DNA of 64,000 bases from a candidate division TA06 bacterium B3_TA06. GTDB lineage: Bacteria > Hydrothermota > Tepidihabitantia > B3-TA06. Numbering within the stretch: position 1 is the stretch's first letter; every line of letters starts with the position of its first letter. Location: the NCBI GenBank assembly GCA_005223075.1, contig NJBO01000003.1:9902-73901 (forward strand). Direction: 5' to 3'. This document shows, one piece after another, positions 27,327 to 36,186 of the stretch. Under the pieces are notes generated by a model that saw only the letters and a program-made list of their open reading frames with translations, ran no database searches and was not told the origin of the DNA. Position numbers and translations under genes: made by a program.

Positions 27327-27773
27327 ATGAGCAACTCCAAAAAACTCATAATCGCCCTCGCCGTGATCTTCTTGGTTGGGGCAACACCTGCCTTGGCCGA
27401 TCTCGATGGTATTTGGGAAGGCTATGGTAATGGCAGCTACTACTTACCTGACGGTAGCATCATCTACCCATGGCAAAGCTGGAACGGTACTGTCGAGAAT
27501 GGAGTCTTCAGCGGCTCCTGGGAAGATGACGAAGGCAACTCCGGCGGTTTCACAGGAGGCATCACATGCTTCTTCACTACTGTCCCACCCTCATATACGT
27601 TTGCCGGCTGCGAAGGAACCTGGACGTGGATTGACCCCAGCGGCTTAGAACCCATTGAACTAGGGAGCTTCTGGATGACGTTCAACGTAGACCTTGACAC
27701 CTGCTGGGGCGAATGGTTGCCTTACACTAATGCTCAGGGTGGAACCATGTGGGGCTGGAGGATAGGAGACTGA
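27327..27773 (+). CDS. Array paralog 3, subtype B
   Basis: 148 aa; YPWQSWNGTVENG ... CEGTWTWID ... GGTMWGWRIGD. Confidence 0.7.
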   Translation: MSNSKKLIIALAVIFLVGATPALADLDGIWEGYGNGSYYLPDGSIIYPWQSWNGTVENGVFSGSWEDDEGNSGGFTGGITCFFTTVPPSYTFAGCEGTWTWIDPSGLEPIELGSFWMTFNVDLDTCWGEWLPYTNAQGGTMWGWRIGD

Positions 27774-27846
27774 GGCATAATAGAAACCAACCAGGGGGCG
27801 GGGTTACTCGCCCCCTCATAAACCTTAAACCAAAAGGAGGAACAAA

Positions 27847-28302
27847 ATGAGTAACTCCAAAAAACTCCTCATCGCCCTGGCTGTGATACTTGCAGTCGGG
27901 GCAACGCCCCTCCTCGCACAACTTGAAGGACCGTGGGCAGGCAATGGCGAAGGAAGCTGCAAGACACCCACCGGAATCACTATCTACCCTTGGCAGGAGT
28001 GGGACGGCTTCGTGGAGAATGGAGCCTTCGACGGCAGTTGGTGGGACGGCGACAACGGCGGCAACTTTCACGGCGACATAATATCCATCAGCACCCCAGT
28101 CCCACCCGCGGAACCACATGACGTAGCATACTGTGAAGGCACCTGGACATGGGTAAATGACGAGGGGGAGGAGATATCTATGGGCCAGTTCTGGATGAAC
28201 TTTGACCTCCTCTACGGAACATGCGAAGGTGAATGGTGGCCTTGCAATCGCCCTGAGCCTTGGGGCCCGGGAATCATGTGGGGCTGGAGGATAGGAGACT
28301 GA
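27847..28302 (+). CDS. Array paralog 4, subtype B
   Basis: 151 aa; YPWQEWDGFVENG ... CEGTWTWVND ... IMWGWRIGD. Confidence 0.7.
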   Translation: MSNSKKLLIALAVILAVGATPLLAQLEGPWAGNGEGSCKTPTGITIYPWQEWDGFVENGAFDGSWWDGDNGGNFHGDIISISTPVPPAEPHDVAYCEGTWTWVNDEGEEISMGQFWMNFDLLYGTCEGEWWPCNRPEPWGPGIMWGWRIGD

Positions 28303-28375
28303 GGCATAATAGAAACCAAGCAGGGGGCGGGGTTACTCGCCCCCTCATAAACCTTAAACCTCAAAGGAGGAACAA

Positions 28376-28813
28376 ATGAGCACCCCAAAAAAAATCCTGC
28401 TAACCGCTTTGGCGGTGATCCTTTTACTAGGGGCCACGCCTATTGCCGCCCAGATCGCAGGAGTCTGGGAGGGCACCGGTAAAGGCGCAGCTTACCCGCC
28501 CTGCCACCTACCTATATATCCATGGCAGAAATGGATAGGCGAGATACCAAACTCTGAAGACGTCTTTTTCGGCGAGTGGAAAGACACCCTTGACAACCAC
28601 GGCAGATTCGAAGGCAAGCCTGCACCTTACTCCACTCCTGATGCGAAGGTGTTCAAAGGCTACTGGACCTGGGAAACCCCCGAAGGGATATTCAAAGGCG
28701 GCGAATTCACGATGACCTTTTACTTCTTGGAAGGCGAATGCAAGGGCACCTGGACATCCATCTGGCCTTCGCCGGGCAAGCTGGGAACCATGAGAGGCTG
28801 GAAGGTGCACTGA
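28376..28813 (+). CDS. Array paralog 5, subtype A
   Basis: 145 aa; PPCHLPIYPWQKWIGEIP ... GTMRGWKVH. Confidence 0.7.
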   Translation: MSTPKKILLTALAVILLLGATPIAAQIAGVWEGTGKGAAYPPCHLPIYPWQKWIGEIPNSEDVFFGEWKDTLDNHGRFEGKPAPYSTPDAKVFKGYWTWETPEGIFKGGEFTMTFYFLEGECKGTWTSIWPSPGKLGTMRGWKVH

Positions 28814-28880
28814 AGCATACAACCAACCAGGGGGCGGCCCTCCGCCCCCTATAAACCTTAAACCTCAAAGGAGGAACAAA

Positions 28881-29318
28881 ATGAGTAACCCCAAAAAACT
28901 CCTCATCGCCGCGCTTGCGGTGATCTTCCTGCTCGGCGCAACGCCCCTTGCCGCCGAGCTAGACGGGTTCTGGGCAGGAACTGGCACTGGCTGCTGCCAT
29001 CCAGAGTCCACCACCATCACCATATACCCCTGGCAGACATGGGACGGCTTCGTCGTGAACCACGAGATCTTTCACGGTGAGTGGCAAGATAGCTTAGGAC
29101 ACCAAGGCACCTTCGAAGGAAGAGTCGTCCAGATAGACTCAACCTATGCGGTTTTCGAAGGCACGTGGAGATGGACTGACCCCACCATACTCATAATCCC
29201 TCCTGTTATAGGCGAGTTCCATATGGACTTCGATCTTCTCACCCGCACCTGCCTGGGCGAATGGTTCTACCATGAGGACTACGGAACCATGCAAGGACAA
29301 AAACTGGAGACAAAATAA
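28881..29318 (+). CDS. Array paralog 6, divergent B-like
   Basis: 145 aa; GCCHPESTTITIYPWQTWDGFVVN ... GTMQGQKLETK. Confidence 0.7.
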   Translation: MSNPKKLLIAALAVIFLLGATPLAAELDGFWAGTGTGCCHPESTTITIYPWQTWDGFVVNHEIFHGEWQDSLGHQGTFEGRVVQIDSTYAVFEGTWRWTDPTILIIPPVIGEFHMDFDLLTRTCLGEWFYHEDYGTMQGQKLETK

Positions 29319-29393
29319 GAAAGAACAGACAAACCAACCAGGGGGCGGGGTTACTCGCCCCCTCATAAACCTTAAACCTCAAAGGAGGAACAA

Positions 29394-29834
29394 ATGAGCA
29401 CCCCAAAAAAAATCCTGCTAACCGGTTTGGCGGTAATCCTTTTACTAGGGGCCACGCCGCTTGCCGCCCAGATCGCAGGAAGATGGGAGGGTACTGGTAC
29501 AGGCGAAGCTTACCCGCCCTGCCACCCGCCTATACACCCCTGGCAGATCTGGATGGGCGAGATCCCGCTCACTCAGGATGTTTTCACAGGCGAATGGTGT
29601 GACGCGGACTGCAATCACGGCACCTTCAAGGGCGAGATAGCCCCTTTCTCAACTCCAGAGGAAGCATACTGTGAAGGTTATTGGACGTGGGATGATCCTT
29701 CCAGCCCGTCCATCATTGTAGGCCATTTCAAGATGACGTTCTACATCCTGGAAGGAATATGCGAAGGCACCTGGACATCCATCTGGCCATCGCCCAGCGG
29801 TCCCGGAACCATGAAAGGCTGGAAGATAGACTGA
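29394..29834 (+). CDS. Array paralog 7, subtype A
   Basis: 146 aa; PPCHPPIHPWQIWMGEIP ... GTMKGWKID; 5' end nearly identical at nucleotide level to paralogs 5 and 12. Confidence 0.7.
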   Translation: MSTPKKILLTGLAVILLLGATPLAAQIAGRWEGTGTGEAYPPCHPPIHPWQIWMGEIPLTQDVFTGEWCDADCNHGTFKGEIAPFSTPEEAYCEGYWTWDDPSSPSIIVGHFKMTFYILEGICEGTWTSIWPSPSGPGTMKGWKID

Positions 29835-29907
29835 GGTATACCTCGACAGACCATCAGGGGGCGGCCCTCCGCCCCCTTACAAACCTTAAACCAAAAGGAG
29901 GAACAAA

Positions 29908-30342
29908 ATGAGTAACTCCAAAAAACTCCTCATCGCCGCGCTTGCGGTGATCTTCCTCGCAGGGGCTACGCCTCTCGCCGCCCAGCTCGCAGGAGTCTGG
30001 GCAGGCACGGGCGAAGGCTGCTGCAGCCCTCCCGGAACTACCATCTACCCTTGGCAGACGTGGAAGGGTGAAATACCCAACAGCCAAGACGTGTTTTCCG
30101 GCAAGTGGTGGGACGCAGATAGCAACCGGGGCACCTTCCACGGAAAGATAATAATCTCCAGTGTCACCGAAGCATACTGCGAAGGTATCTGGAACTTAGA
30201 TGACCCTTCAGGGGCTTCAATCATTGGAGGTGATTTCAAGATGACATTCTACATCCTGGAAGGAACATGCGAAGGCACCTGGATATCCATCTGGCCCACC
30301 GCCTTACCCGCAACCATGAGAGGCTGGAAGGTAGAACCGTAA
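29908..30342 (+). CDS. Array paralog 8, A/B mosaic
   Basis: 144 aa; B-type signal peptide with A-type body (YPWQTWKGEIPNSQDVFSGKWWD ... TMRGWKVEP). Confidence 0.7.
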   Translation: MSNSKKLLIAALAVIFLAGATPLAAQLAGVWAGTGEGCCSPPGTTIYPWQTWKGEIPNSQDVFSGKWWDADSNRGTFHGKIIISSVTEAYCEGIWNLDDPSGASIIGGDFKMTFYILEGTCEGTWISIWPTALPATMRGWKVEP

Positions 30343-30406
30343 AGTCACAACCTAGGGGGCGGGCTTGTGCCCCCTCATAAACCTCAAACCTCAAAGGAGG
30401 AACAAA

Positions 30407-30856
30407 ATGCACAACTATAAAAAACTCATACTCGCCGCCCTGGCAGTTATCCTGCTGCTGGGAGCCACTCCGGCGTTCGCTCAGCTGGCCGGAACCTGGG
30501 AGGGCACTGGTAGGGGCGAAGCTTACCCGCCCTGCCACCCTCCTATACACCCCTGGCAAAACTGGATAGGCGAGATCCCGAACTCTCAGGATGTGTTTTT
30601 CGGCGAATGGTGGGACTCGGACTGCAATCACGGCACCTTCAAGGGCGAAATAGCCCCTTTCTCCACTCCAGAGGAAGTATACTGTGAAGGCGAATGGACA
30701 TGGTACGACCCCACAGGCTCCTCTCACCAACCAATAGTCGGCGGCAAGTTCAAGATGACGTTCTACATCCTGGAAGGAAGATGCGAAGGCACCTGGACCT
30801 CCATATGGCCATCGCCCAGCGAGCACGGAACCATGAGAGGCAGGAAGGTACACTGA
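30407..30856 (+). CDS. Array paralog 9, subtype A
   Basis: 149 aa; start placed at ATG 30407 after SD aaaggagg; ends GTMRGRKVH. Confidence 0.7.
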   Translation: MHNYKKLILAALAVILLLGATPAFAQLAGTWEGTGRGEAYPPCHPPIHPWQNWIGEIPNSQDVFFGEWWDSDCNHGTFKGEIAPFSTPEEVYCEGEWTWYDPTGSSHQPIVGGKFKMTFYILEGRCEGTWTSIWPSPSEHGTMRGRKVH

Positions 30857-30925
30857 ACCTTAACGCCGAGCGGGGACGGGTTTCCATCCCCGCTCGGGAT
30901 AAACCTTAAACCAAAAGGAGAAGCA

Positions 30926-31354
30926 ATGAGTAACTCCAAAAAGCTAATGCTCACCGCCTTGGCGGTGATCTTTCTGATCGGAGCGACGCCTCTCTTCGCC
31001 GATCTCGACGGCATCTGGGAAGGCTACGGCGAAGGAAGCTGCGAGACACCCGCTGGAACCATCATCTACCCCTGGCAAACCTGGAACGGAACCGTTGATG
31101 AATACGGGTACTTCTCCGGCGAGTGGGAAGACTCGGACGGCAATCAAGGCACCTTCGAAGGCTGCATGGCGTCCCTGAACCCCCCAGTCTGCCCGGGGGT
31201 ATGGACATGGAGAGACGATTCGAGTCTCGAACCCATCGAGATGGGCCTATTCCAGATGGTCTTTTACGAGGTCCAAGGAACATGCAACGGCGAATGGTGG
31301 CCGTACTCTGGCGCTCAGGGTGGAACCATGTGGGGCTGGAGTATAGGAGACTAA
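30926..31354 (+). CDS. Array paralog 10, subtype B
   Basis: 142 aa; YPWQTWNGTVDEYG ... GGTMWGWSIGD. Confidence 0.7.
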   Translation: MSNSKKLMLTALAVIFLIGATPLFADLDGIWEGYGEGSCETPAGTIIYPWQTWNGTVDEYGYFSGEWEDSDGNQGTFEGCMASLNPPVCPGVWTWRDDSSLEPIEMGLFQMVFYEVQGTCNGEWWPYSGAQGGTMWGWSIGD

Positions 31355-31425
31355 GGCATAATAGAAACCAACCAGGGGGCGGCCATCCGCCCCCACTTAA
31401 ACCCTAAACCTCAAAGGAGGAACAA

Positions 31426-31875
31426 ATGAGTAACCCCAAAAAAATCCTCATCGCCGCGCTTGCGGTGATCTTCCTCGCAGGGGCGACGCCGCTTCTTGCC
31501 CAACTCAACGGTACATGGGCGGGCGAAGGAGAAGGCGTTTGCTCTCCGCCTCCCCCTATACCTACCGACTTCCCCATCTATGCTTGGCAGAACTGGAAAG
31601 GTCTGGTTGAGGATAATGAAGTCTTCTACGGCGAGTGGTACGATAACCGCTGTAACAACGGCACCTTCAAAGGCGAGATCGTATTCGTAACTCCCGAGGA
31701 TGCATACTGCGAAGGCGAGTGGCACTGGTTCGACGAACGCTACGACCCTCCGCGTGTCTACTACATGGGACCGTTTTCGATGAAGTTCAAGCTGGAAGAA
31801 GCAATATGCTACGGTGAATGGCGGACTTACTACAGTAATGAGAGCGGAACCATGAAAGGAGAAAAGATAGACTGA
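31426..31875 (+). CDS. Array paralog 11, divergent
   Basis: 149 aa; FPIYAWQNWKGLVEDNEVFYGEWYD ... GTMKGEKID. Confidence 0.7.
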   Translation: MSNPKKILIAALAVIFLAGATPLLAQLNGTWAGEGEGVCSPPPPIPTDFPIYAWQNWKGLVEDNEVFYGEWYDNRCNNGTFKGEIVFVTPEDAYCEGEWHWFDERYDPPRVYYMGPFSMKFKLEEAICYGEWRTYYSNESGTMKGEKID

Positions 31876-31953
31876 GGATATACCGGGAAACCGGCTAACC
31901 CAGGGGGCGGGCTTCCGCCCCCTGATAAACCCTAAACCTCAAAGGAGGAACAA

Positions 31954-32400
31954 ATGAGCACCCCAAAAAAAATCCTGCTAACAGGTTTGGCGGTGATCCT
32001 TTTACTAGGGGCCACGCCGCTTGCCGCCCAGATCGCAGGCACATGGGAAGGCACCGGAACCAGCTGCTGCTGTCCACACCCGGGCACGATCATCTACCCC
32101 TGGCAGGCGTGGGTAGGTGAGATCCCCAACTCCCAGGACGTCTTCACCGGCGAGTGGAAAGACAGCCTCGACAACCGCGGCACATTCAAGGGCGAAATCC
32201 TCTGGATCAGCACCACCGTCGCCATCGCCAGAGGTTCCTGGTACTGGTTCGATCCTACCGGTCCCAGTCACGAACCGGTCTACGGAGGCGACTTCGAGAT
32301 GAAGTTCTACGTCTACGAGAGGGAGTGCACCGGCACCTGGACATCCATCTGGCTATCGCCCAGCGAACACGGAACCATGAGAGGCAGAAAGGTACACTAA
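31954..32400 (+). CDS. Array paralog 12, subtype A
   Basis: 148 aa; CCCPHPGTIIYPWQAWVGEIP ... GTMRGRKVH. Confidence 0.7.
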   Translation: MSTPKKILLTGLAVILLLGATPLAAQIAGTWEGTGTSCCCPHPGTIIYPWQAWVGEIPNSQDVFTGEWKDSLDNRGTFKGEILWISTTVAIARGSWYWFDPTGPSHEPVYGGDFEMKFYVYERECTGTWTSIWLSPSEHGTMRGRKVH

Positions 32401-32466
32401 ACCTAAAGCCGAGGGGGGCGCAAACCCGTCCCCCTCGGGATGAACCTTAAACCAAAAGGAGAAGCA

Positions 32467-32922
32467 ATGAGTAACTCCAAAAAGCTAATGCTCACCGCCT
32501 TGGCGGTGATCTTTCTGATCGGAGCAACGCCGCTCTTCGCAGAACTCGACGGCATCTGGGAAGGCTACGGCGAAGGAAGCTGCGAGACACCCGCTGGAAT
32601 CATCATCTACCCCTGGCAAACCTGGAACGGCAGCCTGGAGTCATGGCTCTTCACCGGCCACTGGCAAGACTTGGACGGCAGCTCCGGCGGCTTCCAGGGG
32701 GCCGTCATATCCCTCGCCAAATCCGTTGAACCGCCTTACCATACGGTTGCTCACTGCGAAGGAACCTGGACGTGGATGGATCCCAGCGGCTTAGAACCCC
32801 TCGAAATGGGTCCCTTCAATATGGAGTTCAATCTGGACATTGACACCTGCTGGGGCAACTGGTACTCCTATTCTAGCCCCGGAATTGGCGGAACCATGTG
32901 GGGCTGGAGGATAGGAGACTGA
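32467..32922 (+). CDS. Array paralog 13, subtype B
   Basis: 151 aa; start placed at ATG 32467; first ~45 codons and upstream intergenic region nearly identical to paralog 10. Confidence 0.7.
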   Translation: MSNSKKLMLTALAVIFLIGATPLFAELDGIWEGYGEGSCETPAGIIIYPWQTWNGSLESWLFTGHWQDLDGSSGGFQGAVISLAKSVEPPYHTVAHCEGTWTWMDPSGLEPLEMGPFNMEFNLDIDTCWGNWYSYSSPGIGGTMWGWRIGD

Positions 32923-32942
32923 GGTATAATAGAAACCAACCA

Positions 32943-32971
32943 GGGGGCGGGCATCCGCCCCCGATTTTTTT
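32943..32971 (+). terminator. Intrinsic terminator closing the paralog array
   Basis: gggggcgg-gcat-ccgccccc followed by gattttttta; the only array hairpin with a T-tract. Confidence 0.7.
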
Positions 32972-32974
32972 AAA

Positions 32975-33012
32975 CCCCACACGGGCGCTTTACGTGCCCG
33001 TGCGGGGACCCC
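32975..33012 (-). repeat. R1 hairpin repeat (reverse orientation)
   Basis: ccccacacgggcgctttacgtgcccgtgcggggacccc. Confidence 0.65.
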
Positions 33013-33118
33013 GGACATTCAGACTCAAAGATGGAATCTAAATCCCCGGTCAGATGCTTTAATCCTTTACCCTCTTGATTTCCCCCCATAACTGGATACA
33101 ATCCCTTAGGAGAAGTTA

Positions 33119-33643
33119 ATGAAGACGGTTGTTGTTTACTATTCCCGCTACGGTAACTCGCGGGTGGCGGCGCGCTTGATAGCAAAACATCTTCAAGCAC
33201 CCGTGCACCGCATAGAGGTCAAGCGCCACAGAGGAGTGGTTAGGTCTACGTTCTCCGCCCTTTTCGGGCGTCGTCCTGAGATCAAAACCATCCCTCTACA
33301 ACCCCAGGACTGGGACCTGATGGTAATTGTTGTTCCGATATGGTCAGGCAGGCCGGCAACACCTCTTAAAACCTTCCTTGCCGAGACACGACTTGCCGAA
33401 AAGCAGGTGGCTGTGTTCTTTTCATACACCAAAACCGATCCCCACAAACGCCCTTCGCGCTGGATGCAAAAGGTGTTGGGGCACTTCGGTGCGCGGCTCG
33501 TTGCCGTAGGCGGGTACAACATCTCCCTTAAGAATCACACCGTACTCAAGCAGCGGATCTGGGACTTCCTCGCCCAGCTCCCACCCCAAGCCATCCCATC
33601 GACTCCCTCCAAGAAATCCGCCAGGCGCAGCCCTCAAAAATAG
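33119..33643 (+). CDS. Flavodoxin-like fold protein (putative)
   Basis: 174 aa; N-terminus MKTVVVYYSRYGNS resembles flavodoxin-type phosphate-binding loop. Confidence 0.45.
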   Translation: MKTVVVYYSRYGNSRVAARLIAKHLQAPVHRIEVKRHRGVVRSTFSALFGRRPEIKTIPLQPQDWDLMVIVVPIWSGRPATPLKTFLAETRLAEKQVAVFFSYTKTDPHKRPSRWMQKVLGHFGARLVAVGGYNISLKNHTVLKQRIWDFLAQLPPQAIPSTPSKKSARRSPQK

Positions 33644-33718
33644 CCTGCCCCTTTCCAAGGTGTTGCACTTCACCATTGAACTCACGAACCCCTGTCCCTT
33701 AAACCGAATTGAAATGTT

Positions 33719-34381
33719 TTACTTGCTCTTCATCCTCGTGGTAAGCAGACCGATAAAGGAGCTGAGTGAGCGCGTCTGCATGATGACTTTGCCAGGGCCG
33801 GTGAAGCTTGCGACCAGGCCCTCGCCCGAAAGAAGTGTGCTCTTCAGGCCGCCTACGGCCTTTACGTTGTACTGCACGTCCTCATCGAAAGCGACCATGT
33901 GCCCGGTATCCACCTTGAGTTCCTGACCGGCAGGCAGTTCACGCTCGGTCATCGCCCCGTAGGAGGACAGGAAAAGATCGCCGGTGCCTGAGATCTTCAG
34001 AAGGAACAGACCTTCGCCGGAGAAGAATGTTTTGGCGCCGCCGAACTTCGTGTCTACCTCGATGTCTCCTACCGAGCAGATGAACGAGCCGGATTGGACA
34101 AACAGGGTGTTGCCGACCATCGGGACGTGTTTGATGTCGCCCGGGACGGAAGAGGCAAGGGTTACTTCGCCTGTGCCGGTGTAGTGGTTCATGAAGAAGC
34201 TCTCGCCGCCCAGGAGTGAACGCTTGAGTGCTCCGCCAAGACCGCCTCGCATCTTGGTTTCGATGTTGATGGTACCGTCCATTGAGACCATCGCTCCGGC
34301 TTCAGCGGTAATCTTTTCGCCCTCGCCGATCCGGATCGAAAGCAGGGAAAACGCAGGTCCATACTCTATCTTGTGTTCCAT
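33719..34381 (-). CDS. AIM24/TIGR00266-like family protein (putative)
   Basis: 220 aa, Gly-rich beta-strand pattern; assignment from recalled family pattern. Confidence 0.5.
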   Translation of the reverse strand: MEHKIEYGPAFSLLSIRIGEGEKITAEAGAMVSMDGTINIETKMRGGLGGALKRSLLGGESFFMNHYTGTGEVTLASSVPGDIKHVPMVGNTLFVQSGSFICSVGDIEVDTKFGGAKTFFSGEGLFLLKISGTGDLFLSSYGAMTERELPAGQELKVDTGHMVAFDEDVQYNVKAVGGLKSTLLSGEGLVASFTGPGKVIMQTRSLSSFIGLLTTRMKSK

Positions 34382-34447
34382 TTACGCCTCCTTATTTGAT
34401 TGGCTGTGTATAATTCTCAGAATCGAGCGCTTGTCAAGCAATTTATA

Positions 34448-34483
34448 CCCCACGTCTTCACTTCGTGAAGCCGCGGGGACCCC
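34448..34483 (-). repeat. R1 hairpin repeat (reverse orientation)
   Basis: ccccacgtcttcacttcgtgaagccgcggggacccc. Confidence 0.65.
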
Positions 34484-34490
34484 GATTTTT

Positions 34491-34527
34491 GCTCCTTTTT
34501 GCCTTCGGCAAAAAGATCGCAAAGGAG
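34491..34527 (+). repeat. R8 hairpin repeat
   Basis: gctcctttttgccttcggcaaaaagatcgcaaaggag. Confidence 0.6.
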
Positions 34528-34642
34528 AAAAACACATTATCTCTGGGAATAAATCACTACGTCCTTCCGACTCCTGCGAATCAATTTCTCCGAGCCTCTA
34601 CAAGAAGGCGAAGCATTCGTTGTTTCGGCAAAAACTTCCTCC

Positions 34643-34674
34643 CTGCGATCTTTTCTCAGTATGAGAAAAGGAGC
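34643..34674 (-). repeat. R8 hairpin repeat (reverse orientation)
   Basis: ctgcgatcttttctcagtatgagaaaaggagc. Confidence 0.55.
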
Positions 34675-34719
34675 ATGTGAAAAACCGGGGCCGTGAGGCC
34701 CCGGCTCTTTGTGGTCTTT

Positions 34720-36135
34720 CTAGGGTCGGATGGTTAGAAAGTGCGTGTGCCCTCTACGGTTAATCTGGAAAAGGGCCACGTCTGCCTTCTCCAGATCACC
34801 TTTCAGTCTCTTTAACTCTTTGACGTTAGAGATGAGGATTTTGTTGACTTTAATGATTACGTCTCCGACCCTGATTCCTGCCCTGTCGGCCAGACTGCCG
34901 GGTTCGACATCCTCCACCAGAACCCCATGCTTGAGATCATATTCCTTCTTGATTCTGTCACTTATGTCTTTGACCGTTATGCCAAGGATAGATGTCTTGG
35001 TCCCTTTCTCCTCTTCGGGTACAGGCTCGATGCGGGTGGAGAGTTCCTCGCGGCCAGGGCGTTCGGCAAGCCTCAGGGTTATCTTCCTGCGTTTGCCTTC
35101 ACGGATAATATCAAGGTCTACCTTTGTGCCAGGTGCAGTGCTTGCGGCAAGCCAGCGAAGCTGATCTACCGAGGTTATCTTTTCTCCGGCAAACGAGGTG
35201 ATTAGGTCGCCGTCCTCCAGACCCGCCTTCTCGGCCGGTGAGTCGGGAACAACCCTGGTTACAAAAACCCCTTCTTCCTCGATATCCATTGCTTCAAGCA
35301 CCTCAGGTTTGACTTCCTCGAGGTATATCCCCATATAGCCGCGTGAGATCTTGCCGTGCTTGATAAGCTCGCCTGCGATATCGGCGGCCATGTCAGAAGG
35401 AATGGCGAACCCTATACCTGAGTTCGCAAGCCCGTTCGTACGGATAGCGGTGTTGATGCCGATGACCTCGCCATTGATGTTGCATAATGCTCCGCCCGAG
35501 TTGCCCGGGTTGATTGCCGCGTCGGTCTGCAGGAAGTTCTGGTAGCTTGGACCGCCATATAGGAGCACGTTACTGCGTCCCTTGGCACTTACCACGCCCA
35601 CTGTCACGGTTTGCTCAAGGTTGTAGGGGTTGCCGATGGCAATCGCCCAGTCGCCGACCTTGACCTCTTCAGAGCTGGCAAACTTCGCTACCGGGAGGGG
35701 GTCCTTGGCTTTGATCTTGAGAACGGCGAGGTCGGTCTCAGGGTCTGTGCCGATGACTTCCACGTCTTTGCCGGAGAACTCCCTGCCGTCTGACAACTTT
35801 ACTCCGATATCCTTAGCGCCATCAACCACGTGGTTGTTTGTCAGTATGTATCCTCGTTCATCGAAGATCACGCCGGAGGCGGCACCCGGAACAAACCGGG
35901 GGGCACGTGGAGCAGGGATGTCGAAGTCCCAAAATTCAAAGAACTTACGAAGTTCTTCCGGGACACTCTCCTCGTCGAAATCGAACCCCTGAACGAATGG
36001 AACCTCCTTTGTCACGGTGATACCGACCACCGCCGGCGCCACCTTATCCACCACCTCGCTGAATCCTTCAAGCGGTACAGCAGAGTTGAGTGCTGCCGAT
36101 GAGATAAGGATCAAAATGCTTAGAACTCTTCTCAT
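34720..36135 (-). CDS. htrA: HtrA/DegP-family periplasmic serine protease with two PDZ domains
   Basis: 471 aa; signal peptide; trypsin-like core GYILTNNHVV ... GNSGGAL; SD aaggagg. Confidence 0.9.
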   Translation of the reverse strand: MRRVLSILILISSAALNSAVPLEGFSEVVDKVAPAVVGITVTKEVPFVQGFDFDEESVPEELRKFFEFWDFDIPAPRAPRFVPGAASGVIFDERGYILTNNHVVDGAKDIGVKLSDGREFSGKDVEVIGTDPETDLAVLKIKAKDPLPVAKFASSEEVKVGDWAIAIGNPYNLEQTVTVGVVSAKGRSNVLLYGGPSYQNFLQTDAAINPGNSGGALCNINGEVIGINTAIRTNGLANSGIGFAIPSDMAADIAGELIKHGKISRGYMGIYLEEVKPEVLEAMDIEEEGVFVTRVVPDSPAEKAGLEDGDLITSFAGEKITSVDQLRWLAASTAPGTKVDLDIIREGKRRKITLRLAERPGREELSTRIEPVPEEEKGTKTSILGITVKDISDRIKKEYDLKHGVLVEDVEPGSLADRAGIRVGDVIIKVNKILISNVKELKRLKGDLEKADVALFQINRRGHTHFLTIRP

Positions 36136-36186
36136 CTTTTTCCTCCTTACGGTTATTATTGCAACTTTATCCTTACTCCTTACTCT

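Larger units (their letters stand above)
26768..32438 (+). repeat. Twelve conserved intergenic stem-loop plus SD cassettes separating the array paralogs
   Basis: Typical unit ccAGGGGGCGGggttactCGCCCCCTcataaaccttaaacctcaaaggaggaacaaATG (e.g. 27273-27296, 28322-28345, 29339-29362); loops vary while the 8-bp GC stem is kept; three junctions use different GC stems (26768-26791, 30866-30897, 32409-32438); none has a U-tract. Confidence 0.8.

Noticed and set aside
26296-32922. Integron or recombinase-associated cassette array (acquired immunity genes)
   Set aside because: No integrase or recombinase adjacent in the window, and the units are paralogs of a single family rather than diverse cassettes; cannot be excluded beyond the window
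26768-32972. Regularly spaced ~24-bp hairpin repeats as a CRISPR-like array
   Set aside because: The intervening ~450-bp units are paralogous protein-coding genes with signal peptides and SD sequences, not spacers
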